Source: a candidate division FCPU426 bacterium
Lineage (GTDB): Bacteria; Oederibacteriota; Muellerivitia; Muellerivitales; Muellerivitaceae
NCBI GenBank assembly: GCA_963847625.1
Contig: CAWKAR010000028.1
Coordinates: 1 to 64,000 of the forward strand
Direction of reading: 5' to 3'
Length of the DNA stretch: 64,000 bases
The translations under genes were made by a program, and so were the position numbers. The notes beneath the pieces are model-generated. The model was not told the DNA's origin, ran no database searches, and saw only the letters and a program-made list of their open reading frames with translations. This document shows, piece after piece, positions 1-7,807 of the stretch (the stretch's first letter is position 1; each line of letters begins with the position of its first letter).

Positions 1-83
1 AAAGTCTTTCCGTATTTTTTGTGTAGCGGCGATGGTAATTCCGCCTCTCAAGCCGGGAAATAAGCCCCGGCAGGAGGGGTAAA

Positions 84-1877
84 ATGGACGAAAAGCAGCA
101 GCAATCAGATCAAGCAGAAGCAGTTCCTTCACTTAGCACACCCATACAAATCAATTCGCATAACCCACCTTTGATGCCAACACAGGGAGAAGAACCTGTG
201 GACAGCCTTGAAAAGCGTCTGTTTTTGGTCAAGGAATACCTGAAAATCGGTGGTTCCCAGCGATCCTTTTGCATCACCCATGGAATAAATGGTTCGACCT
301 TTAATTGCTGGCTAAAGAAGTATCGGATTGAGGGCGAGGAGTGGATGAGAAAGCGGCACAACCAATATCTCGTATCAGGACACCACGATGGGCCATTCAA
401 GCCGGAAGAACGTCGACAGGCTGTGGAAATGTTCATGAAATCTGGATCGTCAGTCCATGATTTCGCAAGAGTATGGGGCGTAAGCGAAAACACACTGGAA
501 GGTTGGCTTCAGAAGTACCGAACTGGAGGGCCTAAAGCCCTTGAGGGCAGAAAACCCGGTGGCCGACCCCGGCGAAAAGGAGTGCGGGAACTCATTGAGA
601 AGGTAAAACAAGAAAATCCGGATTTTGGTTTGAGGAAAGTGAAAAATTTTCTAGGCCGAATCGCCGGCGTCAGGGTAAGTACCAGCAGTGTCCGTAACGC
701 TCTCAAAGGCAAAGGATATCCAAGCGGGAGGATGAAGAGAAGACGGGAAAAGTCACAACTACCTCGGCGTTTTGAGCGGTCTCGCGCGGGGGACTTGTGG
801 CAAAGCGACATCACGAGTTTCGTCCTCCCTCGATACGGGCAACGGGTTTACTTGACTGTGTTCCTGGATGACTACAGTCGGTACATTGTTTCTTGGAGAC
901 TGGCCTTTCAACAAAAACAAGAAATCGTGGTTGAGGCTCTTCTTTCGGGAATAGACCGGTTTGGGCAACCCAAGGAAGTTCTCACAGACCAAGGGCGGCA
1001 GTATTTCGCTTGGCGCGGGAAAGGCGATTTCCAACGGCTCTTGCGTAAAAAAGGTATCCAGCACGTGGTTGCGCGTACTCATCATCCACAGACGGTTGGA
1101 AAGACTGAGCGTTTCTGGGCAACGGTCATGGAAGAATTCTGGGGACGATATCAGCCACAGGATTTAGCCGAGGCAAAGGAACGATTGGGGCATTTCATCA
1201 ACCACTACAATCATTTTCGGCCACATCAGGGAATCGATGGAATGGTGCCAGCGGATCGGTTTTTCGGGGTGGAAAATGAGGTCAGAAAAGCGCTGGAAGC
1301 GGCCATGCAAAAGAACGAATTGCGTTTGGCTGTAGGTGAAGAACCAAGGAAGCCGGTATATTTGGTGGGTCAAATTGGGGACCAACAAGTGTCCATGCAT
1401 GGGGAGAAAGGGAAAGTAGTTATCCAGACGCCGGATGGACGTGTACAAGAACTAGGGTTGAATGGTTTGGGCGTGAAAATCCAGGAGGATACCAATGGAA
1501 GAGGCCGAGAAGGGCGAAAAGAAACGGATTTCCAAGGGCCGCATGAAGAGAAAATTCAAGTTTCAAATGAATGTGGCATTGCCAATGAAGGCCTTGTGGG
1601 AAACGGCAAGTCTGCAGGAGAAGGAGAAAGCGCACCAAACGGCGGCGGTGATGTTGGAATATTGGATGGGTCGCGTCACGAAGGAGGAAGCGGCGCAGAA
1701 ACTGGAAATACCACCGTTGCGAGTGTGGCAATTGTCCCAACAAGCGTTGGCGGGCCTGGCGGCGGGGTTGGTGAAGCAACCCAAGGCAGGCAAGAAAAAG
1801 ATGAGGGAGGCCTTGCCACCGGAGGAGGACCCGAAGCAACTGAACAAAAAAATCCAGAACCTAGAACGGGACCTTGA
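84..1877 (+). CDS. IS481-like DDE transposase (tandem HTH + rve integrase core)
   Basis: Two HTH-like repeats, then WQSD...LTDQG...GKTERF (D,D,E) and HYNHFRPHQGI. AGGAGG RBS upstream. Confidence 0.9.
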   Translation: MDEKQQQSDQAEAVPSLSTPIQINSHNPPLMPTQGEEPVDSLEKRLFLVKEYLKIGGSQRSFCITHGINGSTFNCWLKKYRIEGEEWMRKRHNQYLVSGHHDGPFKPEERRQAVEMFMKSGSSVHDFARVWGVSENTLEGWLQKYRTGGPKALEGRKPGGRPRRKGVRELIEKVKQENPDFGLRKVKNFLGRIAGVRVSTSSVRNALKGKGYPSGRMKRRREKSQLPRRFERSRAGDLWQSDITSFVLPRYGQRVYLTVFLDDYSRYIVSWRLAFQQKQEIVVEALLSGIDRFGQPKEVLTDQGRQYFAWRGKGDFQRLLRKKGIQHVVARTHHPQTVGKTERFWATVMEEFWGRYQPQDLAEAKERLGHFINHYNHFRPHQGIDGMVPADRFFGVENEVRKALEAAMQKNELRLAVGEEPRKPVYLVGQIGDQQVSMHGEKGKVVIQTPDGRVQELGLNGLGVKIQEDTNGRGREGRKETDFQGPHEEKIQVSNECGIANEGLVGNGKSAGEGESAPNGGGDVGILDGSRHEGGSGAETGNTTVASVAIVPTSVGGPGGGVGEATQGRQEKDEGGLATGGGPEATEQKNPEPRTGP

Positions 1878-2067
1878 TCTAATGAAAGACCTGGTGAAGC
1901 TATTGAGGGAGCTGCCGGGTAATCGGGAAGTGTTAAAAAAAGCGGAGGAGTTGGGAGGGAAAAAAAAGAAGCCCAAGGTGGTTCGCCCGGCAAGCGGGAA
2001 TGTTGTTGGGGAAGAAAAATTGCCGGGGCCAACGGAAGCTTCTATCCAGCCAACTTCAGGTGAGTGA
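1495..2067 (+). CDS. HTH + coiled-coil accessory protein (OrfA-like)
   Basis: Own AGGAGG RBS before ATG 1495. HTH-like segment (EEAAQKLEIPPLRVWQL) and heptad KQLNKKIQNLERDLDLMKDLVKLL. Confidence 0.7.
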   Translation: MEEAEKGEKKRISKGRMKRKFKFQMNVALPMKALWETASLQEKEKAHQTAAVMLEYWMGRVTKEEAAQKLEIPPLRVWQLSQQALAGLAAGLVKQPKAGKKKMREALPPEEDPKQLNKKIQNLERDLDLMKDLVKLLRELPGNREVLKKAEELGGKKKKPKVVRPASGNVVGEEKLPGPTEASIQPTSGE

Positions 2068-3010
2068 GAGGACGCTGAATAATTGGATTCGCGGGGCGCA
2101 TAATCAAAAAAGAAAACAGGGACGCCCCGCGTATTCCGCGAGTGCAAGGTATCGGGCTAAGTTGGCAGTAAGGCGTCAAGTGAGGGATTTTGGTTGGACT
2201 ACAGGATGGAGATCTATTGCGGCCATCCTTCGCGGCAAAGTATCGACGAGGTTGGTGCAGGAAAGCCTGTCCCAAATAAAGGCGAGACACAGGAAAAAGT
2301 TGAGGGAGTTGGCCGAGAAAAACCGGGTGAGCGTAGAGGTGTTGGCAAAAGATGTGATCTGGGCGCAGGACGCGGCGCACATTGGGCGTGTTGGAAAAGT
2401 AGCATTGCAGGCAGAAGTAATCAAAGATCGAGCGACTTTGGGTTTTAAGGGTCTGGCAGTCGGACCCGCTGCTAAAGCAGAAAATATATTGACCATGTTG
2501 GAGCTGCAAAAAAAGAAAACAGGACTGCCTTTGGTTTGGTCGACCGACAATGGTTCGGCCTACAAAAACGAAAAATTAACAGACTACCTACGACACGAAA
2601 AAGTGATTCATCTGCTTTCTCGACCCCGAACACCGCAGGACAATGGGGCCGCTGAGCGAGGAATCGGCGAAATAAAGGCGGAATCCAGCCTGGAAAAAGG
2701 GGTTGGATTTCGTGCTGTGCAAGAAGCAGTATCGTGCTTAGCGAAAACGTGGCACCTGCTAGATGGCCGACCTAGGGCCAGCAAAGGTTATCAGAGCGCC
2801 CAGCAGCTTGAAAACAGCCTTGTGAAAGGCCCTTCGCTGGTTGATCGGGAGACTTTCTACCTGGAAGCTTGCAGGAATATTAAAAAAGCGGTACAAGGAG
2901 GTGAAACACCCAGAGAAAAACGAAAAGCGGAGCGGTTAGCTATTTACGAAACACTTGAGAAAAATCACTTGATTAACATTCTGAGGGGCGGAAAAAATTG
3001 TCGTGCTTAA
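2000..3010 (+). CDS. Second DDE integrase/transposase (rve core)
   Basis: N-terminal HTH (VSERTLNNW), then WAQD...STDNGSAY...PQDNGAAERG (D,D,E). True start uncertain; the frame is open from 1937. Confidence 0.85.
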   Translation: MLLGKKNCRGQRKLLSSQLQVSERTLNNWIRGAHNQKRKQGRPAYSASARYRAKLAVRRQVRDFGWTTGWRSIAAILRGKVSTRLVQESLSQIKARHRKKLRELAEKNRVSVEVLAKDVIWAQDAAHIGRVGKVALQAEVIKDRATLGFKGLAVGPAAKAENILTMLELQKKKTGLPLVWSTDNGSAYKNEKLTDYLRHEKVIHLLSRPRTPQDNGAAERGIGEIKAESSLEKGVGFRAVQEAVSCLAKTWHLLDGRPRASKGYQSAQQLENSLVKGPSLVDRETFYLEACRNIKKAVQGGETPREKRKAERLAIYETLEKNHLINILRGGKNCRA

Positions 3011-3045
3011 CAGGAAATTCCGGAAGATATTTTGTGAACACTACA

Positions 3046-3667
3046 ACCATAGGAGGCCCGGCCATGTTCATAGGACCTCGGCCTTATGACCATAGGAGTT
3101 CCAGCCATGTTCATAGGCGGCCAGCCCATGCCGACGGTTGCCGACGGAAATGTGGGCAGTTTATCCCCCTTTGTTTAATGGGTTATCTCCCCGTTTAATG
3201 GGTTCGCCCGGTTCCGTTTAATGGATTCCGCTCCCGTTTAATGGGTTCGTGCCTCGTTTTACGGGTTCGCCTGGTTCCGTTTAATGGGTTCCGCCCTGTT
3301 TAATGGGTTCGCCCGGCTCCGTTTAATGGATTCCGCCCCGTTTAATGGGTTCCGTCCTGTTTAATGGGTTCGCCCGGTTCCGTTTAATGGATTCCGCGCC
3401 GTTCAAAGTGACCGGCCAGAGGTGGGGTTAAAGCACTTGGCCAGCTAGGGGGTTAAAGGTCGCGGCCAATGACATCCCGGTTCCGGGAACTCCGGAACCA
3501 CTGAAACTTGGGTATCCGGGGACACTGGAACTCTGGAACCGGCCTGGAACCACTGGAACTCGAGAATCCGGGAACTCTGGAACTGGCCTGGAACCACTGG
3601 AACGGGTTCGACGAACTCACCGCAGGCTGGCCGGGAACCCGGGAACTGGGTTGGCGGTCCTGGAATT
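3046..3667. repeat. Composite tandem-repeat locus A
   Basis: CATAGG x4 at ~21 bp period, one ATGTGGGCAGTTTATCCCC (3150), GTTTAATGG(G/A)TT(C) x11 at 19-23 bp period (3174-3394), then a GGAAC-rich block (3486-3667). Confidence 0.9.
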
Positions 3668-3710
3668 GGGTTAGTCGAGATAAGCCAGTATCAGAAAAAC
3701 TATGGTTGCC

Positions 3711-4070
3711 TTATATATCCAAGTCTTCCTTCTCAATGGGTTCATCCACGGTATCGACCACGTCCGAGTGGATTTCCAAGTCGAACCATTCATCGAATAA
3801 CTTTTCGGTCCGGTCTTTGGGCCAATGTTCCTTGTCGGTGTACCAGGCCCCCAACGATTCCTCAAAGATGTCCTTTTTGATGGAACTGACCTGCCCGCGG
3901 GCTTCCTCGTCGGAATCGAATTCGGGGATCAACAGGACAAGGCAGTCATCATTGACCTCCCCCAAACTTAAAGGCCCGCTTTTATCCCCATAAGCCTTGG
4001 CGGTTGAATTGATCCAATCCACGAAGGGCTGTTTCGCCTTGACGACCACCGCGAACCGGTTGATGTACAT
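3711..4070 (-). CDS. Conserved acidic hypothetical protein
   Basis: 119 aa with INR.AVVVK.KQPF.DW and W..D...WP.DRT...FDEWF motifs, resembling a widespread uncharacterised family. AAGGA RBS. Confidence 0.8.
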   Translation of the reverse strand: MYINRFAVVVKAKQPFVDWINSTAKAYGDKSGPLSLGEVNDDCLVLLIPEFDSDEEARGQVSSIKKDIFEESLGAWYTDKEHWPKDRTEKLFDEWFDLEIHSDVVDTVDEPIEKEDLDI

Positions 4071-4556
4071 GGTTTCCTTAACCCCTTACCCTTTCTTGGT
4101 ACGTTTCCACTGGGCGTAATAGTATCACGAAAATTTTACGTGATACCATTAATGGCTTGTTGATCTGATTCTTTCCCAAAGGGCATCCCGGCCCTTATCC
4201 AGGCACCTGATACGGCCCTTATGCTTCAAATCCGCCAATGCCCTTTTTAAGGTTGGATAGCAGACCCCGGGGCAAGCCTAGGGACATAGGTGGCTATTAG
4301 GCCGTTTAGAAAGGGGAAGGAAAATCAGAACGACGGTTTTTAGGTTAAAAAAAGAACCCTATAGCAAAGAGTGGGAGCCCACACTGGTTAAAAGATAGAA
4401 CTTTCAAAGTTCTATTTTAGACACCGTAACCCACCCAGACTGGTTAATAGATAGAACTTTTTCTCTTCGTTACAAGAAACCGAAGGTATGTCCAATAAGC
4501 TAATATTATAACTCCACCAATTTTACACTTTCGATTGTAATAATAATTTAATGATT

Positions 4557-5384
4557 TTAAAAGCAACCATGATCGCCGTATTCGCAGAACACCTTTGAGG
4601 CAAGATTTGCGTTTTCAACTGAAGGGTCTGATTTCAGGATTTTTATTGCATCCCACACGTATATTTCTTTTTTGACTTTTACGATATATAAATCCGGGCC
4701 GTAAGTAATGTCTTTTATAGTTCCCACCTTTGTAAAAATTCGTTTTTTATCCATCGAAGAAATATTTTTTTTAAATGACACGGCAACTTCATCCAGCTCA
4801 CAATTTGGTGGAAGACCAACTTTTTCTACCGCCGAATCATTTTTCAACTTATCAATGGCTTCATCTAGGTTCATGCCATTTGTGATTTTTAGTAACAAAT
4901 ACTTCTTCGGCCAATCATCAAAACCAACATCTTTTCCAATCAAATGAATTAATCGTTGCTTATCTTTTGTATTAATATTGGTTTTTAAACATATAAAAAT
5001 TTCCCCATATTTTAATAAAGGTGAAAAGTTAGAGCCACCCATTGCATGGCAAACTTCCAGTTTTTTATTTAATTCTTGGGTTGCATTTGGCATGTCGTAA
5101 TTCAAAAGGACTAGAAGCCAATCACCACAATTTTTAGAATCTTCTTTGCATATTTGCCCAAACGGTAAAAGAATTCTTTCTTTTTCAGATAAAAGAATAT
5201 CCGGTTTAAATTCCACCATTATGAATGGTCTTATTTGAATACGTGTTAAAGGTACATTTCCTCCGCTCGCTAACAAAGGGTGCCTTAGCCACAAACAGAT
5301 TAAAATAAAAACCAATAAAGAAAAAAGACTAAAGAATTGTTTTGGCTCAAGATTTTTTATTTGGATGCCTTTTTTGATTTTCAT
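4557..5384 (-). CDS. Exported protein with two subtilase-propeptide-like repeats
   Basis: N-terminal hydrophobic segment; two similar ~65-aa units ending AIDKLKNDSAVEKV and AIKILKSDPSVENA. AT-rich. Confidence 0.6.
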   Translation of the reverse strand: MKIKKGIQIKNLEPKQFFSLFSLLVFILICLWLRHPLLASGGNVPLTRIQIRPFIMVEFKPDILLSEKERILLPFGQICKEDSKNCGDWLLVLLNYDMPNATQELNKKLEVCHAMGGSNFSPLLKYGEIFICLKTNINTKDKQRLIHLIGKDVGFDDWPKKYLLLKITNGMNLDEAIDKLKNDSAVEKVGLPPNCELDEVAVSFKKNISSMDKKRIFTKVGTIKDITYGPDLYIVKVKKEIYVWDAIKILKSDPSVENANLASKVFCEYGDHGCF

Positions 5385-5420
5385 AAATTACTCGGAAATT
5401 TTTTAATCGATTACTGATAT

Positions 5421-5450
5421 TGGCGGGGTTGACGGGGCAATCGAACCGCG
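5421..5450 (-). other. tRNA 3'-end remnant (tRNA-Asp-like)
   Basis: Minus strand reads GGTTCGATTGCCCCGTCAACCCCGCCA: a T-loop, acceptor 3' strand and CCA, with no 5' half. Confidence 0.55.
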
Positions 5451-5574
5451 CTTACGCACTCACAGGAGAAATAACCCCTGTGTACCCCTTTAAACAACCG
5501 GGAAACTCCTGTTTCCCGAACCTTTCCCAGGGCTCTCGCCTCCAAATATTATCTGATTTTTCTTAGAAAAATAT

Positions 5575-5615
5575 CGGGGTTGACGGGGCTCGTACTCTCA
5601 ACCTCCTACATGGCA
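5575..5615 (-). pseudogene. Decayed 3' half of tRNA-Asp (att-like scar)
   Basis: TGCCATGTAGGAGGTTGAGAGTACGAGCCCCGTCAACCCCG aligns without gaps to the usual tRNA-Asp 3' half pattern (TGTCACG.AGGAGGTCGCGGGTTCGAGCCCCGT...), with G discriminator. Confidence 0.55.
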
Positions 5616-5853
5616 AAAAGACATTATAATCCAGCTTTTATAAGGGTTTGGCCTGTATAGAAAAAATTGAGAAAATCCCTTTTAGGTTGTAACCTCTGAA
5701 AAAGTCGGGCTTCGCCTCCTTTTTCAGAGAGACTTTGAAGGAAACCCCACGATTCCCTGCGGAAATCTTTGGGGTCGAAACCTCTGTTGGTCGCATTTTA
5801 ATTGGGACTTACATACTTAAGTCCGGAAAGAGGGGAATTTGAAATTCCTCATT

Positions 5854-6615
5854 CTATTTATTTATATCTATTGTTCGATTGTGTTTCCCTTGCATACTAA
5901 AGATAGAGAAATTGGATTTGGGACTAGCCCCATAACAAAATTCGGTTCGATGTTTAACTTTATAGATATCGCTATAGGCAATCCATCCACAAACATAAAA
6001 ATTCCCGCCATTACTACCATCCCGAACCCTTTTTATTACATCAGGAAATATTGGACCCGCACCACTCCGAACATTATTTCCTGGAGAAATCATTCCATAG
6101 GCTTGGCTTTCTGGGTTAGCAATGCGCGGATGATCGAAAAAGTTATTCACATCTTTCAAAAATTCGCATGTTCCTGTAACCACAACACATCCCAAAGCTG
6201 GTGTTTTGCCTGTGTTTATAATGGATATCTCAAAATCATCAGGATCATCACCATTCCAATGCGGTTTAACCCCGGAAGATGCCATCCAAGCTCTTTGGTC
6301 TATTCGTTGTTCGGACTGCATTTCAAAAATTTGTTTACTAGCTATTTCCAATTGCCCTTTCATAGTTTCATATTGGTTGTTCAAAACTCTCAATGTTTTC
6401 CAATTCACATAAATCGAAACAGCGGCCAAAATAACCATTGCCCAACTTGCAAACATTGTTCTCCTTGCCGATTTATCTATGGAACTTTCTTCTTCTTTGC
6501 TGGCATGATGCTTTTCTATTTCGCTCTTTATATAGTCGATTCCCCTTATATTCCCATCTTGTTTTGGTTTCTCCTCATCCTTATTTTGGTCTTGGGTTTT
6601 ATTAGTATCGGCCAT
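5854..6615 (-). CDS. Passenger membrane-anchored hypothetical protein
   Basis: 253 aa with a charged N-terminus, one TM helix, a coiled coil, a DQRAW motif and a beta-rich domain. Divergent from the transposase, inside the TIRs. Confidence 0.7.
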   Translation of the reverse strand: MADTNKTQDQNKDEEKPKQDGNIRGIDYIKSEIEKHHASKEEESSIDKSARRTMFASWAMVILAAVSIYVNWKTLRVLNNQYETMKGQLEIASKQIFEMQSEQRIDQRAWMASSGVKPHWNGDDPDDFEISIINTGKTPALGCVVVTGTCEFLKDVNNFFDHPRIANPESQAYGMISPGNNVRSGAGPIFPDVIKRVRDGSNGGNFYVCGWIAYSDIYKVKHRTEFCYGASPKSNFSIFSMQGKHNRTIDINK

Positions 6616-6670
6616 GGGGTTGGTATCCTTATGGATTTATTGGGTTTATTATAACACAAAAATACATTAG

Positions 6671-6703
6671 ATACTTGACTCCGTATCCGGAGTCAAGTAT
6701 AAT
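6671..6703 (+). promoter_or_regulatory. Sigma-70 promoter of the IS1595 transposase overlapped by a 13-bp palindrome
   Basis: TTGACT(6675)-N17-TATAAT(6698) inside ATACTTGACTCCG-tatc-CGGAGTCAAGTAT. Confidence 0.8.
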
Positions 6704-6736
6704 GCCTTTAGTAGATGATTTTAGGGAGGCAAAACA

Positions 6737-7653
6737 ATGAAAAACACAGCGATTAGCACATTCCAACTCTTCTCAATGTTTCCGGATGCAGAATCCGCAA
6801 GGCAACACATTGAAAAACTTCGTTGGCCCAATGGCCCAGTTTGCCCGTTTTGCGGAGAAACCAAGAGAATCGGCAACCGCAAACCTGAATTTTATTGCTG
6901 TAATGTTTGCATCCTGGACTTTACGGTACGAACTGGAACCATTTTCGAGAGAAGCCATATACCTCTTCACAAGTGGTTATATGCCATGTACCTTTTGGTA
7001 ACAGCACGTAAAGGAATATCTAGTATGCAACTTTCAAAAGAGATCGGGGTTACTCAAAAGTCGGCTTGGTTCATGCTTGGGCGTATTCGGGAAGCTTGCG
7101 GGCAAGATTTGGGAAAGCTGAATGGCGTTATTGAAATTGACGAAACTTATGTGGGTGGTAAAGAAAAAACAAACACGCAAATAAAAGAATAGGCGGTCGT
7201 GGTACTCGTGGAAAGGTTCCGGTTATAGGAATGCGAGAAGATGACGGCTTGGTTATCGCTGAACCATTAAACAACGTTAAGATTCCAACTATCAAAGAAG
7301 CCGTTCGCGAAAATGTTGAATCGGGTTCCGAAATTTTTACGGATGAAGCAACAGCCTATAAAGAAATGCCTGAATACAAACATGAATTTGTAACTCATAG
7401 CAAAGAAGAATATGTCCGCGGTGATGTAACCACTAACGGAGTTGAGAGTGTTTGGGCGATTTTAAAGAGAGGTTTGAACGGGGTTTATCATGGTCGGGTG
7501 GAAAAGAAACATTTAGCCCGTTATGTCAATGAATTCACTTTCCGTTTGAATGATGGAAACGTAACCCGCACAACCCAAGAGCGTTTGACAAGTCTTATTG
7601 ATGCTTCGATTGGAAAAAGGCTTACTTACAAAAAATTAACAGAGGTGGTTTGA
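6737..7653 (+). pseudogene. IS1595-family transposase, split by a 1-nt frameshift
   Basis: Zn ribbon (CPFC...CNVC), EIDETYVGG, IFTDE, TNGVESVW and RYVNEFTFR motifs. Adding one A in the A6 run near 7164-7169 restores GGKEKNKHANKRIGGRG. Confidence 0.88.
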
Positions 7654-7755
7654 ATGGCAAAGGCAAAAGAAAAAATAAATATTCTTTTAAATCGGATTTT
7701 TGCCTATGGGCCACATAAACCACGAAATAAGGGAAAAAAGAAAAAACGGACTTAA
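7654..7755 (+). CDS. 33-aa basic peptide inside the IS1595 element
   Basis: ATG directly follows the transposase TGA, with GAGGTGG RBS. Reads MAKAKEKINILLNRIFAYGPHKPRNKGKKKKRT; its stop lies in the right TIR. Confidence 0.5.
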   Translation: MAKAKEKINILLNRIFAYGPHKPRNKGKKKKRT

Positions 7756-7807
7756 GTATATAAGTCCCTTTTAATTTTTCAGAGGTTTCAGGTTATTGGA
7801 CCACCGG

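Larger units (their letters stand above)
22..3045 (+). mobile_element. Three-ORF transposable element with two DDE transposases (IS481/IS3-like)
   Basis: Starts TGTAG (22) and ends CTACA (3045). Subterminal motif TTCCGCC(T/C)CTCA at 39-50 recurs inverted at 2982-2993. Encloses three overlapping ORFs, two with rve-type DDE motifs. No target duplication seen. Confidence 0.7.
5804..7768 (+). mobile_element. IS1595-family element carrying a passenger gene
   Basis: 22-bp TIRs match 21/22 (GGGACTTACATACTTAAGTCCG / CGGACTTAAGTATATAAGTCCC). 8-bp target duplication TTTTAATT at 5796-5803 and 7769-7776. Confidence 0.93.
5688..7790. mobile_element. MITE-like element (~130 bp) interrupted by the IS1595 element
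   Basis: Inverted ends TGTAACCTCTGAAAAA / TTTTTCAGAGGTTTCA. Internal GGAAACCCCA.GATTCC(C)TGCGGAA(A)TCTTTGGGGTCG is shared with 39811-39938. Confidence 0.65.

Noticed and set aside
3508..3993. 161-aa plus-strand ORF and other repeat-derived ORFs (2998-3198, 47438-48144)
   Set aside because: They are translations of low-complexity repeats or antisense to a better gene; non-triplet repeat periods argue against coding.
3711..5384. Integron cassette array
   Set aside because: No integron integrase, and no convincing attC (RYYYAAC...GTTRRRY) pairs flanking these genes.
5421..5615. Functional tRNA gene
   Set aside because: Only 3' portions are present, with no D-arm or 5' acceptor strand, and the T-loop and anticodon are mutated.
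5839..6654. 271-aa plus-strand ORF
   Set aside because: It is the antisense shadow of the 5854-6615 passenger gene, which has the more protein-like organisation and is divergent from the transposase promoter.
7160..7172. Programmed -1 frameshift in the IS1595 transposase
   Set aside because: IS1595 transposases are normally single ORFs and the A-run is not in the canonical X_XXY_YYZ frame. A 1-nt deletion or sequencing error is more likely.
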